Assembly (NCBI GenBank): GCA_964247135.1
Contig: CAXTTL010000127.1
Span: 1 to 13,991 of the forward strand
Reading direction: 5' to 3'
Length of the DNA stretch: 13,991 nucleotides
Source of the DNA: an uncultured Deinococcales bacterium
GTDB taxonomy: Bacteria; Deinococcota; Deinococci; Deinococcales; JAAFIG01
The position numbers were made by a program, and so were the translations under genes. The notes under the pieces are model-generated. The model ran no database searches. It was not told where the DNA came from and saw only the letters and a program-made list of their open reading frames with translations. This document shows, piece by piece, positions 1-7,093 of this stretch. Within the stretch, counting starts at the first letter, position 1, and the number at the start of each line of letters is the position of its first letter.

Positions 1-2
1 AT

Positions 3-1712
3 TTGTTGCAAGCCAACGCGACAACGCCCAAGGTCAGCGAAATTGTTTTCGAGTTTCCCAAAAAAGTCGCGCCACCAATCCAAAAAAGAGTGCCCGTCAA
101 ACCTTCAGTAAAAACCCAAGTGGTGGTGAAGGCAAAACCTGTTCAGGCAAAAGTCAAAGCGCCTGAGACTCGAGCAGTCAAACCCGTTGCTCCTCAAGCT
201 GAGTCTAAAGTTGCAGTTTCCAGCCCGTTGCCAAAACCCGTGGTCAAAACGCTGCAAGCGCCATTGAAAATGCTGAAACCCAGCGCCTCGCAGGTGATCA
301 AGTTGCAGCAACGCTCGCCGTTGCTTGCACCAAGTGCGGCACAACAAGCCATTTTACCAAACTTTAACTCGAGTTCCGCCAAACCCAATTTGTTGCGTTC
401 CAACGTGATAAGCACGGGTACGTCAGAAAAAATCAGTGCGAACGCTGGCGGCTCGAGCACGGCGAACACTGCAAATCTTGCCCGTTCCCAAAATGGCGCG
501 AGTTCGGGGACGGAAAAACTGCAACTTGCCAGCGTGCGCTCCAGCGCGGCGCAACCAGGGGACTCGAGCAGTCCGTTCAAAGCTGGTGCCGCAGGGGCGA
601 GCCTCGCGCCAGAAACGAACGGTTTGGCGGGCGGTGGCAGGGTAAGCACCAGCCTCGAGACCAACGCGCCGAGTTCAGCCAACCCAAGCGCTTCACAGGC
701 TGCCACGGGTGGACCTTTGAGCGGCAAGCAACAAGCCAGCTCGAGTTTGGATTCTCGACTTTCGGGAACTCCAGTCAACACGACCTCTGGGGCAGAATCC
801 TCGCGCCCCAGTCAAACTGGAACCACACCCAGCTCAAGCGCAGGAGGCGGACTCAGCACCCCTTCTAGTCGCCCGAGCAGCCCTTCGGGCACAGACACCA
901 AACCAACAACTTCTGGAACCACAGGTTCGAGCATTGCGGGTGGTGGATTGGCAAATTCCAAACCTGGTACGCCAAGCTCGAGTGCGGGTGGGAATGGTTT
1001 GGCGGGTTTAGGTATTGGCAGCTTGAGCGGCAAAGACACGGGTTTGGCGGGTTCTGGAAGCAGTGGCTCGAGCGGCAAAGACTCAGGACCCGCAGGTTCA
1101 GGCTCGAGTGGTACGTCAGGTGGTCGTGATACTGCTCTTACAGGCTCAGGCACGTCAACCTCTTCAGCAGGTTCGGGCACACCGACCAAACCTTCAAGCG
1201 CACCTTCCCAAGGCTCGAGTGACAAACCCAGCACTGCACCTGCCTCAACACAAGGAAAAGAAACCTCACCCATAGGCTCGAGTTCCAGTCAGAGTACAGG
1301 CGCACAAAGCAGCAAACCCAGCTCCAGCGCCGCCACCGGCACAGAGCGCACGGCATTGGGCTGCGCGATTCTGGTGGACGCTCGAGGTTTAACCCCGCCG
1401 TTGACGCCCAGTGAAAGCCCGGCGATTGTGAATCCCAGCAGTCAAAAAATCTGGCCCGACCCGAATGCGATTCAGGGTGTGGATTCCAATTTGGTCGGTG
1501 AAACGGGGATTGCCTCGTTCGCCACCTCCCAAGATCAGGCGCTCGGTTTTCTGGCTCAAGGCGTTCAACCCCTGACCGTCAAAGCCATTCAAGCCGTGCC
1601 AGCCGACGGCGTTCAAACCTCAGTTTTCAGGGATTACGTGATGGTTTCCGCCGGCGACGCGGCAAAAATTACGGCGTTGGGTCGAAACTGTCAGGTTGTG
1701 TTTATCAAATAA
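3..1712 (+). CDS. Large low-complexity (Pro/Lys/Val then Ser/Gly/Thr-rich) probable surface or periplasmic protein with a C-terminal globular domain; probably 5'-partial
   Basis: ORF is open from the window edge to TAA at 1710-1712. A long disordered linker precedes a C-terminal ~115 aa domain (AILVDARGL..PSESPAIVN..GIASFA..PLTVKAI..VMVSAGDA..CQVVFI) that resembles, from memory, the IDARGL domain seen in LPP20-type lipoproteins. Confidence 0.75.
   Translation: MLQANATTPKVSEIVFEFPKKVAPPIQKRVPVKPSVKTQVVVKAKPVQAKVKAPETRAVKPVAPQAESKVAVSSPLPKPVVKTLQAPLKMLKPSASQVIKLQQRSPLLAPSAAQQAILPNFNSSSAKPNLLRSNVISTGTSEKISANAGGSSTANTANLARSQNGASSGTEKLQLASVRSSAAQPGDSSSPFKAGAAGASLAPETNGLAGGGRVSTSLETNAPSSANPSASQAATGGPLSGKQQASSSLDSRLSGTPVNTTSGAESSRPSQTGTTPSSSAGGGLSTPSSRPSSPSGTDTKPTTSGTTGSSIAGGGLANSKPGTPSSSAGGNGLAGLGIGSLSGKDTGLAGSGSSGSSGKDSGPAGSGSSGTSGGRDTALTGSGTSTSSAGSGTPTKPSSAPSQGSSDKPSTAPASTQGKETSPIGSSSSQSTGAQSSKPSSSAATGTERTALGCAILVDARGLTPPLTPSESPAIVNPSSQKIWPDPNAIQGVDSNLVGETGIASFATSQDQALGFLAQGVQPLTVKAIQAVPADGVQTSVFRDYVMVSAGDAAKITALGRNCQVVFIK
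1026..1160 (+). repeat. Three degenerate in-frame tandem repeats of about 45 nt (15 aa)
   Basis: SGKDTGLAGSGSSGS / SGKDSGPAGSGSSGT / SGGRDTALTGSGTST. AGCGGCAAAGAC recurs at 1026 and 1071. Confidence 0.7.
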
Positions 1713-1786
1713 ATGCGCCTTCACGAAATTCAAGAATTTAGCAACACGCAATCCAATACACTCGAGCCATAGTTTAAGGAGACAAA

Positions 1787-2497
1787 ATGCAACGATCAAC
1801 AATCATTTTCGGACCCTCTATATGCCTGATTCTCAGCCTCGCGGGAAGTGCCTTTGCCTGGTTGCCCAAACTCGATGAAACCGCCGCCAAAGCCATTGTG
1901 GATGGGGTTTACCGCCGAGGTCCAGACGTGCCAACCTCGAGCAGCCTGAGTTTGAACGTCAAGAACGGCGCATTTGAGGCGGGCAACATTGTCGAGGTCT
2001 ACGGCGGCGATGCCAAATGCCTGAGCGACTGGCAGACCAAACCAAGCAGCTACGCCACGCTCGGCAGCCGCCCCACCGCCATCGCCGTCGCCGGACAGAG
2101 TGATTTGATCAAAGCCGCCGCCCTGGAGGCTCGGGACAACTTTAAAACCCTGACCGCCGCCGGTGCGCTCGAGATTGCCCGCAGTCGATTGCCCGACAAT
2201 CACTTGCGGGTCTTCATGAAAATTGAGGGACTCGAGAAAGACACATTGCGCGACGCCTACCAGGTGGGTGTGCTCGATAACAACAACAAAATTGTTGCAC
2301 CTTACCAAATTAACTTCCTTGACGATTGGGCGGCAAGCACGGGCGCTCGAGCCACCTGGGGCGGAACGATGGTGTATTATTTTGATTTCTCCAAAAATCC
2401 TGTGGACTCGAGTGGAAGCTTAAAGTTTTTGCTGCGAACCGAAGCGGACAGCGATTGTGCGTACAAGATTAACATCAACTTGGCAACGTTTAAGTAA
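1787..2497 (+). CDS. Secreted hypothetical protein (Sec signal peptide)
   Basis: AAGGAG RBS at about 1776-1781. Hydrophobic N-terminus ends in an AFA|W cleavage motif. 236-aa ORF. Confidence 0.8.
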   Translation: MQRSTIIFGPSICLILSLAGSAFAWLPKLDETAAKAIVDGVYRRGPDVPTSSSLSLNVKNGAFEAGNIVEVYGGDAKCLSDWQTKPSSYATLGSRPTAIAVAGQSDLIKAAALEARDNFKTLTAAGALEIARSRLPDNHLRVFMKIEGLEKDTLRDAYQVGVLDNNNKIVAPYQINFLDDWAASTGARATWGGTMVYYFDFSKNPVDSSGSLKFLLRTEADSDCAYKININLATFK

Positions 2498-2515
2498 AGC
2501 CAAATCAATTCAGAC

Positions 2516-2553
2516 ACAAAAACGTTGGAGACGATTTCAAACCATCCCCAACG
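2516..2553 (-). terminator. Intrinsic terminator for the TA operon
   Basis: Minus-strand hairpin CGTTGGGGATGGTT..AATCGTCTCCAACG (with G-U pairs) followed by TTTTTGT. Confidence 0.75.
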
Positions 2554-2574
2554 AAATTTAAATCTCGAGCTTTA
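2519..2574. repeat. Direct repeat copy 1 of the rplI stop codon plus terminator (51/56 identical to 3317-3372)
   Basis: aaaacgttggagacgatttcaaaccatccccaacgaaatttaaatctcgagcttta versus aaaacgttggggacagtttaaaaccatccccaacgaaatttgaatctcgagcttta. Confidence 0.92.
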
Positions 2575-2580
2575 TCAATA

Positions 2581-2817
2581 TCAAAGTGCATCTTCTGCAT
2601 CTGGCTTCACATTCGGAACAGCTTGCAAAGCAGCCAAAAATTTTTCGCTAGAACCTCGTTTGGCACGTTCTTCAAGAATGGTTTGTGTCTCGAGCGCACT
2701 GAGTTTTTCGGCGACGGCTGTGGCAATTAGGGTGTTTAAACTGATGCCTTCGTTTTCAGAAAGTTTTTTGAGTTCGTTGTGAACGGTGGTTGGTAAGCGC
2801 ACGCTGAGGGTTGTCAT
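2581..2817 (-). CDS. Ribbon-helix-helix antitoxin (HicB/CopG-like)
   Basis: MTTLSVRLPTTVHNELKKLSENEGISLNTLIATAVAEKL is a typical RHH pattern. Its start overlaps the toxin stop (ATGA). Confidence 0.85.
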   Translation of the reverse strand: MTTLSVRLPTTVHNELKKLSENEGISLNTLIATAVAEKLSALETQTILEERAKRGSSEKFLAALQAVPNVKPDAEDAL

Positions 2818-3233
2818 TTTGCACTCCTTTGCATCTGTAAAAATTCTTGAGGTTGGATGGCTTTAATTCCGAATTTTTCTGAACCCACAAAATCTTTGAT
2901 GTTGTACGTTACGATGTGCTCGCATTGTGCGTGCCATGCCAACTCGAGCAGGTGGTCATCTTTAGCATCGCGTATCGCTGGTCGCCAGGTGTAATACAAC
3001 CGAGGACGGTAGGCGATGCTTGCCAAGTAATCGAGGATGTCTTCGATGGCTTGGTGCTCTAGTGGGATTTTCATTTCTGGGCGTTTGAGGACATCTTCGT
3101 ACTCGAGAATCAAAGCGGTTGAAAGTGCAAGGGTGAACTTTTGTTCGTATAGCGGCATTAAAATTTGATATGAAGCTCCTTGGTTTGAACGCAAGCCTGA
3201 AACAATGACGTTGGTATCAAGAACAACGGGCAT
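2814..3233 (-). CDS. PIN-domain (VapC-like) toxin
   Basis: VVLDTNVIVSGL N-terminal PIN motif, EYEDVL, RDAKDDHLLELA and IVTYNIKDF acidic motifs. Confidence 0.9.
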   Translation of the reverse strand: MPVVLDTNVIVSGLRSNQGASYQILMPLYEQKFTLALSTALILEYEDVLKRPEMKIPLEHQAIEDILDYLASIAYRPRLYYTWRPAIRDAKDDHLLELAWHAQCEHIVTYNIKDFVGSEKFGIKAIQPQEFLQMQRSAK

Positions 3234-3238
3234 AAATT

Positions 3239-3267
3239 ATGGTAGTACAGATGCAACCAAAATACAA
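3239..3267 (-). promoter_or_regulatory. Putative sigma70 promoter for a leaderless toxin mRNA
   Basis: Minus strand reads TTGTAT-N17-TACCAT-N5-ATG with no Shine-Dalgarno. Leaderless transcripts are common in Deinococcus. Confidence 0.55.
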
Positions 3268-3313
3268 GCTCAAGTTTGATAAAATCTTATCGCTTCAGCA
3301 AAAATACTCAAGC

Positions 3314-3351
3314 AACAAAACGTTGGGGACAGTTTAAAACCATCCCCAACG
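3314..3351 (-). terminator. Intrinsic terminator of the rpsF-ssb-rpsR-rplI operon
   Basis: Minus-strand hairpin CGTTGGGGATGGTT-TTA-AACTGTCCCCAACG followed by TTTTGTT, 18 nt after the rplI stop. Confidence 0.85.
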
Positions 3352-3372
3352 AAATTTGAATCTCGAGCTTTA
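3317..3372. repeat. Direct repeat copy 2 (native rplI stop codon plus terminator)
   Basis: 51/56 identical to 2519-2574. Includes CTCGAG at 3362 and the rplI TAA at 3370-3372. Confidence 0.92.
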
Positions 3373-3813
3373 AAGCGCGGTGATGTTGAGCTTCAAAGGA
3401 ATTGGCACTTCGGGATGCGGTTTGTAAACCACTTCGTACTCGCCCAAATCCTTGATGGCTTTGCCCATGTCAATCTTACGACGGTCAATGGCAAGACCCG
3501 TTTGTTGTTCCACAGCGTCAGCCACCATTTGATTGGTGATCGCGCCGTAAATTTTACCTTCGCCCGCTTTGGCTTTGAGTTCGACAACCAACTCGGCAAA
3601 TTGACCCGCAAGCTTTTCGGCTTCGGTCTTTTGGCTCTCGAGTTTTTTGACTTTGCTGCGAATTTGCGCCTCAAGGTTTTTGAGGTTCGCGGCGGTGGCG
3701 GTGGCTGCCATGCCACGCGGCATCAGGAAGTTACGGGCGTACCCAGCTTTGACTTCGACAATGTTACCCGTCGTGCCCAGTTTAGCGACTGGCTCGAGCA
3801 GAATGATTTTCAT
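3370..3813 (-). CDS. rplI: 50S ribosomal protein L9
   Basis: [36 protein letters not shown] and IKDLGEY motifs, in the canonical operon position. Confidence 0.99.
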   Translation of the reverse strand: MKIILLEPVAKLGTTGNIVEVKAGYARNFLMPRGMAATATAANLKNLEAQIRSKVKKLESQKTEAEKLAGQFAELVVELKAKAGEGKIYGAITNQMVADAVEQQTGLAIDRRKIDMGKAIKDLGEYEVVYKPHPEVPIPLKLNITAL

Positions 3814-4127
3814 CGGCGCACCAACTTCTCCATGAACGGCAACAAACCAATTTGGCGTGCGCGTTTGATGGTCAAAGCGAGACGGCGTTGATTCTTGGCG
3901 TTCACACCAGTGCGGCGGCGCGGCAAGATTTTACCGGTATCAGAAATGAAACGGCGCAACATTTTCGCGTCGTGGTAATCCGTGACCTCGAGTTCGCCCG
4001 TCTTGAACGGGTCTACTTTCGGCTTGCGTGGGCGTTTCGGACCTTTGCCGTTGCCACGTGGTTTTTTGTCACCATCGCGGTCACGGTCACGGCTGTTGCC
4101 CGTGGTTTTGCGTTCTTCTCGTGCCAT
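3810..4127 (-). CDS. rpsR: 30S ribosomal protein S18 (Cys-less form with a basic N-terminal extension)
   Basis: [44 protein letters not shown]. Confidence 0.99.
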   Translation of the reverse strand: MAREERKTTGNSRDRDRDGDKKPRGNGKGPKRPRKPKVDPFKTGELEVTDYHDAKMLRRFISDTGKILPRRRTGVNAKNQRRLALTIKRARQIGLLPFMEKLVRR

Positions 4128-4226
4128 AAGTTGTGTCTCCAGTGATTCAAAAATGGGGTGAAAATTTGTGTTCCGTCAAAAGTGCGCTTTTAAGCTCGGC
4201 TTATTGCTTGAAGCTTAGAGCTACTC

Positions 4227-5114
4227 TTAAAACGGTAAATCTTCTTCTGGCGGGAAATCTTGTAAGCCTGCGTCAATGTCCAATCCCGCACGGGACCCTG
4301 CGCTGGTGTTGCGCGGTGCTGCCGCGACACTCGAGCGCCCTGGAACGTCACCGAAGGCTTGACGGTTCGATCCAGAGGTGATCCCAGCGCTGCCAGTGCT
4401 GCCAGGACCGCGAGAAAGGGCTTCGACTCTACGTCCTTCAACCCGTGTCGAGTTGCGTTTATTGCCCTCTTTGTCCGTCCAGGACTCGTTGACGAGCCTG
4501 CCCATGACCATGATCGGATCGCCTTTTTTCAGCGTGCCTGCGGTTTCCGCAAGTTCGCGCCAAAGGTTCACTTCGATGTAATGGGTTTTTTCTTGCCAGT
4601 TTCCGGTCTTGTCTTTCCAAGACTCGTTCACGGCAACCGAGGCGGTGGTGACGGCATCACCGGCTGGGGTGTAACGTAATTCGGCGTCACGGGTGAGGTT
4701 GCCAATCAAGACCACTTCGTTTAACGCGTTCGTCAGCCTATAACCACCTTGCGAATCTCGAGTTGTCACTTCCATACGGTTTCCAGGAAGTGCTGCCTCG
4801 ACACGCAATGCTTTCACACTGACTTGCGAACGTTTTGCCCCTTCGGGCGTTTCCCAGGTGCGAAACTCGAGCGCCCCCTCAACCATCACAGGATCGCCTG
4901 CTTTGAGTTGATCGGCAACGCCTTCGGCTTGCTTGCCCAGCAAACTCGTGCGGTGATACCACGGCAAAACTCGAGGTTTCCCGTCGTTCCCAACGATGTT
5001 GTCATCGCCAGCCACGACCAGATCGAGTACCGCCATCCCGCTTGGGGTGTAACGAAGTTCTGGGTCACGCGCCAGCGCCCCCAGCAGGTAAACATGATTT
5101 AAGCCTCTCGCCAT
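4227..5114 (-). CDS. ssb: Single-stranded DNA-binding protein, Deinococcus/Thermus double-OB-fold type
   Basis: Two tandem OB folds (NHVYLLGALARDPELRYTPSG and NEVVLIGNLTRDAELRYTPAG), acidic EEDLPF tail, AAGGAG RBS. Confidence 0.98.
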   Translation of the reverse strand: MARGLNHVYLLGALARDPELRYTPSGMAVLDLVVAGDDNIVGNDGKPRVLPWYHRTSLLGKQAEGVADQLKAGDPVMVEGALEFRTWETPEGAKRSQVSVKALRVEAALPGNRMEVTTRDSQGGYRLTNALNEVVLIGNLTRDAELRYTPAGDAVTTASVAVNESWKDKTGNWQEKTHYIEVNLWRELAETAGTLKKGDPIMVMGRLVNESWTDKEGNKRNSTRVEGRRVEALSRGPGSTGSAGITSGSNRQAFGDVPGRSSVAAAPRNTSAGSRAGLDIDAGLQDFPPEEDLPF

Positions 5115-5218
5115 AACTCACTCCTTGCGCTCGAGAGCGCCCTTGAAAATTCATAGCTTTTCAAAACCAACAATACTTGATGCCCTGCGGATACTCTCGA
5201 GATACCACGAGAGAAGGC

Positions 5219-5530
5219 TTACTTCTCCTTCTTCGTTTTCCACTCGGGGCGTTGACGCACCACCAACAAACGCCGCACGTGATCGCGCAAGCGCAAGCTC
5301 GTTTGAATCGCGTTCGTTTGATCGGCTGCCATCTCGAGTTTGTAAATCAAGTAGTAGCCTTCACGGTCTTTCTTGATGTGGTACGCCATGCGACGGTTGC
5401 CCCACTCGTCGAGTGTCACAATGCTGCCGCCAGCGTTCTTGATTGCATTCTCGATGTATTCCTTTTCGACTGCCAGTTGCGCAGCGTCGAGGCTTGGGTT
5501 GAGAATAACGTTCAAATCGTAATTCACCAT
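5219..5530 (-). CDS. rpsF: 30S ribosomal protein S6
   Basis: YDLNVILNPSL..DEWGNRRMAYHIKKDREGYY, with an AAGGAGGTG RBS. Confidence 0.99.
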   Translation of the reverse strand: MVNYDLNVILNPSLDAAQLAVEKEYIENAIKNAGGSIVTLDEWGNRRMAYHIKKDREGYYLIYKLEMAADQTNAIQTSLRLRDHVRRLLVVRQRPEWKTKKEK

Positions 5531-5587
5531 AATTCACCTCCTTAAAGTCCAGCAAAAATCCGCCACGGTAAAGTGGCGCGAATTGAG

Positions 5588-5616
5588 ACTATATCAGGAT
5601 GCTGGGGGTTGGGCAA
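5588..5616 (-). promoter_or_regulatory. Promoter of the rpsF operon
   Basis: Minus strand reads TTGCCC-N17-TATAGT with an extended -10 TG, predicting a leader of about 50 nt. Confidence 0.65.
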
Positions 5617-5691
5617 GGGAAGGAGAACCCTCGAGAGGGGAAGAGCAAAGCCTGAATTTTGTGGGTTTTGTTGAAGTTTTCGTGTCGTGAC

Positions 5692-5757
5692 GGGCGAAGA
5701 CAAGCTTCGCCCCTACACCAAATTTGCGTCTGGTAGGGGTGGACCTTGTGTTCACCC
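5692..5757. repeat. Inverted doublet of GTAG-type REP palindromes (REPIN-like)
   Basis: Reverse complement of 5692-5716 is GTAGGGGCGAAGCTTGTCTTCGCCC. 5733-5757 is GTAGGGGTGGACCTTGTGTTCACCC. Identity is 20/25 with compensatory stem changes and a 16-bp spacer. Confidence 0.8.
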
Positions 5758-5872
5758 TTGCAATGGGTATCCGCTCAATCAAACTCGAGAAACGTTTTTG
5801 GGTTTTGGGGATGCTCGAGAATTGCGGGTTGAAAATGGGAACGAAAGCTCGAGATGCAGCGTATCGTTTGGA

Positions 5873-6391
5873 ATGATGGAAGAATTGCAAACAGTTGAAT
5901 TGCAGATTAACAAACGCAGATACATGTTGTTGGGACTATATCCATTGGTACTAGCAACAGGTTACGTTTTGATTCCAAACATTGTTCCGTATGCTTGGTT
6001 AAAGTGGAGCTTCGTTGTATTTTGCATCGGAATTGGATTGTGGTTTCTGAGCGATGTTTTTATAGGGAATCCTTATCTGAAAATCACTGTTCAGGGAATA
6101 GAAACTCGAAGATTTTTTCGCACACGTAAGATTCGGTGGTTAGACATCGCTAGGTTTTATGAACCTAATAGGAAACACGCTCTTGGATTTGTTTACGTTC
6201 AGGATCGAACACCTAAGCCCTCTGCATTCAATCGAAATTTCTTTGGCTATGATGATACCGTGGTAAATTCAAGCACTCTGAAATTTGATGAATTTCGTGA
6301 TTTGGTAATTTCTTACTGGACAAGTGCCAAACAAATCCAAGCGCTCGAGCTTTCCAAGCAAACTTTAAATCCGCGTCTGAAAGCTGATTGA
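5873..6391 (+). CDS. Membrane protein with two TM helices and a probable bacterial PH-like domain
   Basis: Two hydrophobic segments, then LKITVQGIETRRFFRTRKIRWLDI, typical of bPH-type domains. Start moved to ATG 5873 or 5876 because the upstream extension runs through the REP doublet. AT-rich. Confidence 0.65.
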   Translation: MMEELQTVELQINKRRYMLLGLYPLVLATGYVLIPNIVPYAWLKWSFVVFCIGIGLWFLSDVFIGNPYLKITVQGIETRRFFRTRKIRWLDIARFYEPNRKHALGFVYVQDRTPKPSAFNRNFFGYDDTVVNSSTLKFDEFRDLVISYWTSAKQIQALELSKQTLNPRLKAD

Positions 6392-6399
6392 GACATGAA

Positions 6400-6771
6400 A
6401 TGAAAAAATTGCTACCCTTATTTCTTTGGATTTTCTTTACATCCTGTCCTCGAGAAAGGGAAGTAACCGTAGTCTTTAATTACAATGCCAACACTCATGA
6501 GAATTTTACAACTTTTTTGATCAAATCATGTCCTGGTATTGATAATAAATGTCCAGAATCTATTGGTGTTCGTAAAGAAATTTCGGACGGGAGTAATCAA
6601 ACTCTTAAAGTAAAAATTCGCAGTCGTAAAGTTTATTTTTATATGAAAGGCGTTGTTATTGGTGGAAAAGCAAAATTGTTTCTTGACGGGAAACAATGTG
6701 GAGAAACTGACATCAAAGCATATGGTGTTGCTGCTGAATTTTTAGTTGAATGCAAACCAAGTCCATTATAA
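6400..6771 (+). CDS. Putative lipoprotein
   Basis: MKKLLPLFLWIFFTS-C lipobox-like signal followed by a beta-rich domain with four further Cys. AT-rich codons. Confidence 0.7.
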   Translation: MKKLLPLFLWIFFTSCPREREVTVVFNYNANTHENFTTFLIKSCPGIDNKCPESIGVRKEISDGSNQTLKVKIRSRKVYFYMKGVVIGGKAKLFLDGKQCGETDIKAYGVAAEFLVECKPSPL

Positions 6772-6804
6772 ATTCATTTGAATTGATTCTGAGTTCATCA
6801 AAAC

Positions 6805-7080
6805 TCAATCCAACAACAATCTTGCAGTCGGTTCATCCACAATCAATTCGTTCAACAACGCTTCAGCCAACGCCGCCTTCAACGCTTTAGCTTTGCTTTT
6901 CCCTGGCACCACGCAAACACCGTGTTTGGCTTGTCGGATCACGTTTAAATCGGGTCCTGATGCACGGTCATTCAACGGAGTGTTGTCAAAACTGCCATCT
7001 TTGCGAAAGAAAATGGTGGCAATGTCACCTTCGACGTGCTCTGCGGTCAACTCTTGGTCATCGCGTTTCTCGAGCTGCGA
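6805..7080 (-). pseudogene. C-terminal fragment of a SorC/DeoR-family (sugar-binding domain) transcriptional regulator
   Basis: GDIATIFFRKDGS..SGPDLNVIRQ..VCVVPGKSKAKALKAAL..LNELIVDEPTARLLL matches the SorC-type C-terminus. The HTH and about two thirds of the protein are missing, and the IclR gene occupies the upstream DNA. Confidence 0.7.
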
Positions 7081-7093
7081 ATATTTCAGACCT

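Noticed and set aside
194-1273. Long antisense ORFs (195 aa and 153 aa) rich in LE and LEP
   Set aside because: Shadows of the low-complexity plus-strand gene. The LE repeats are the CTCGAG palindrome read on the opposite strand.
2519-3372. CRISPR array or integron attC interpretation of the palindromic direct repeats
   Set aside because: Only two copies, ~800 bp apart, with no cas or integrase gene. The repeat is explained as a terminator plus stop codon.
4227-5114. Internal duplication in ssb as a novelty
   Set aside because: Two OB folds per chain is the established Deinococcus-Thermus SSB architecture, and the frame is intact.
5687-5872. N-terminal extension of the 234-aa ORF
   Set aside because: It runs through the REP doublet and intergenic DNA. 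ATG 5873 or 5876 is more plausible.
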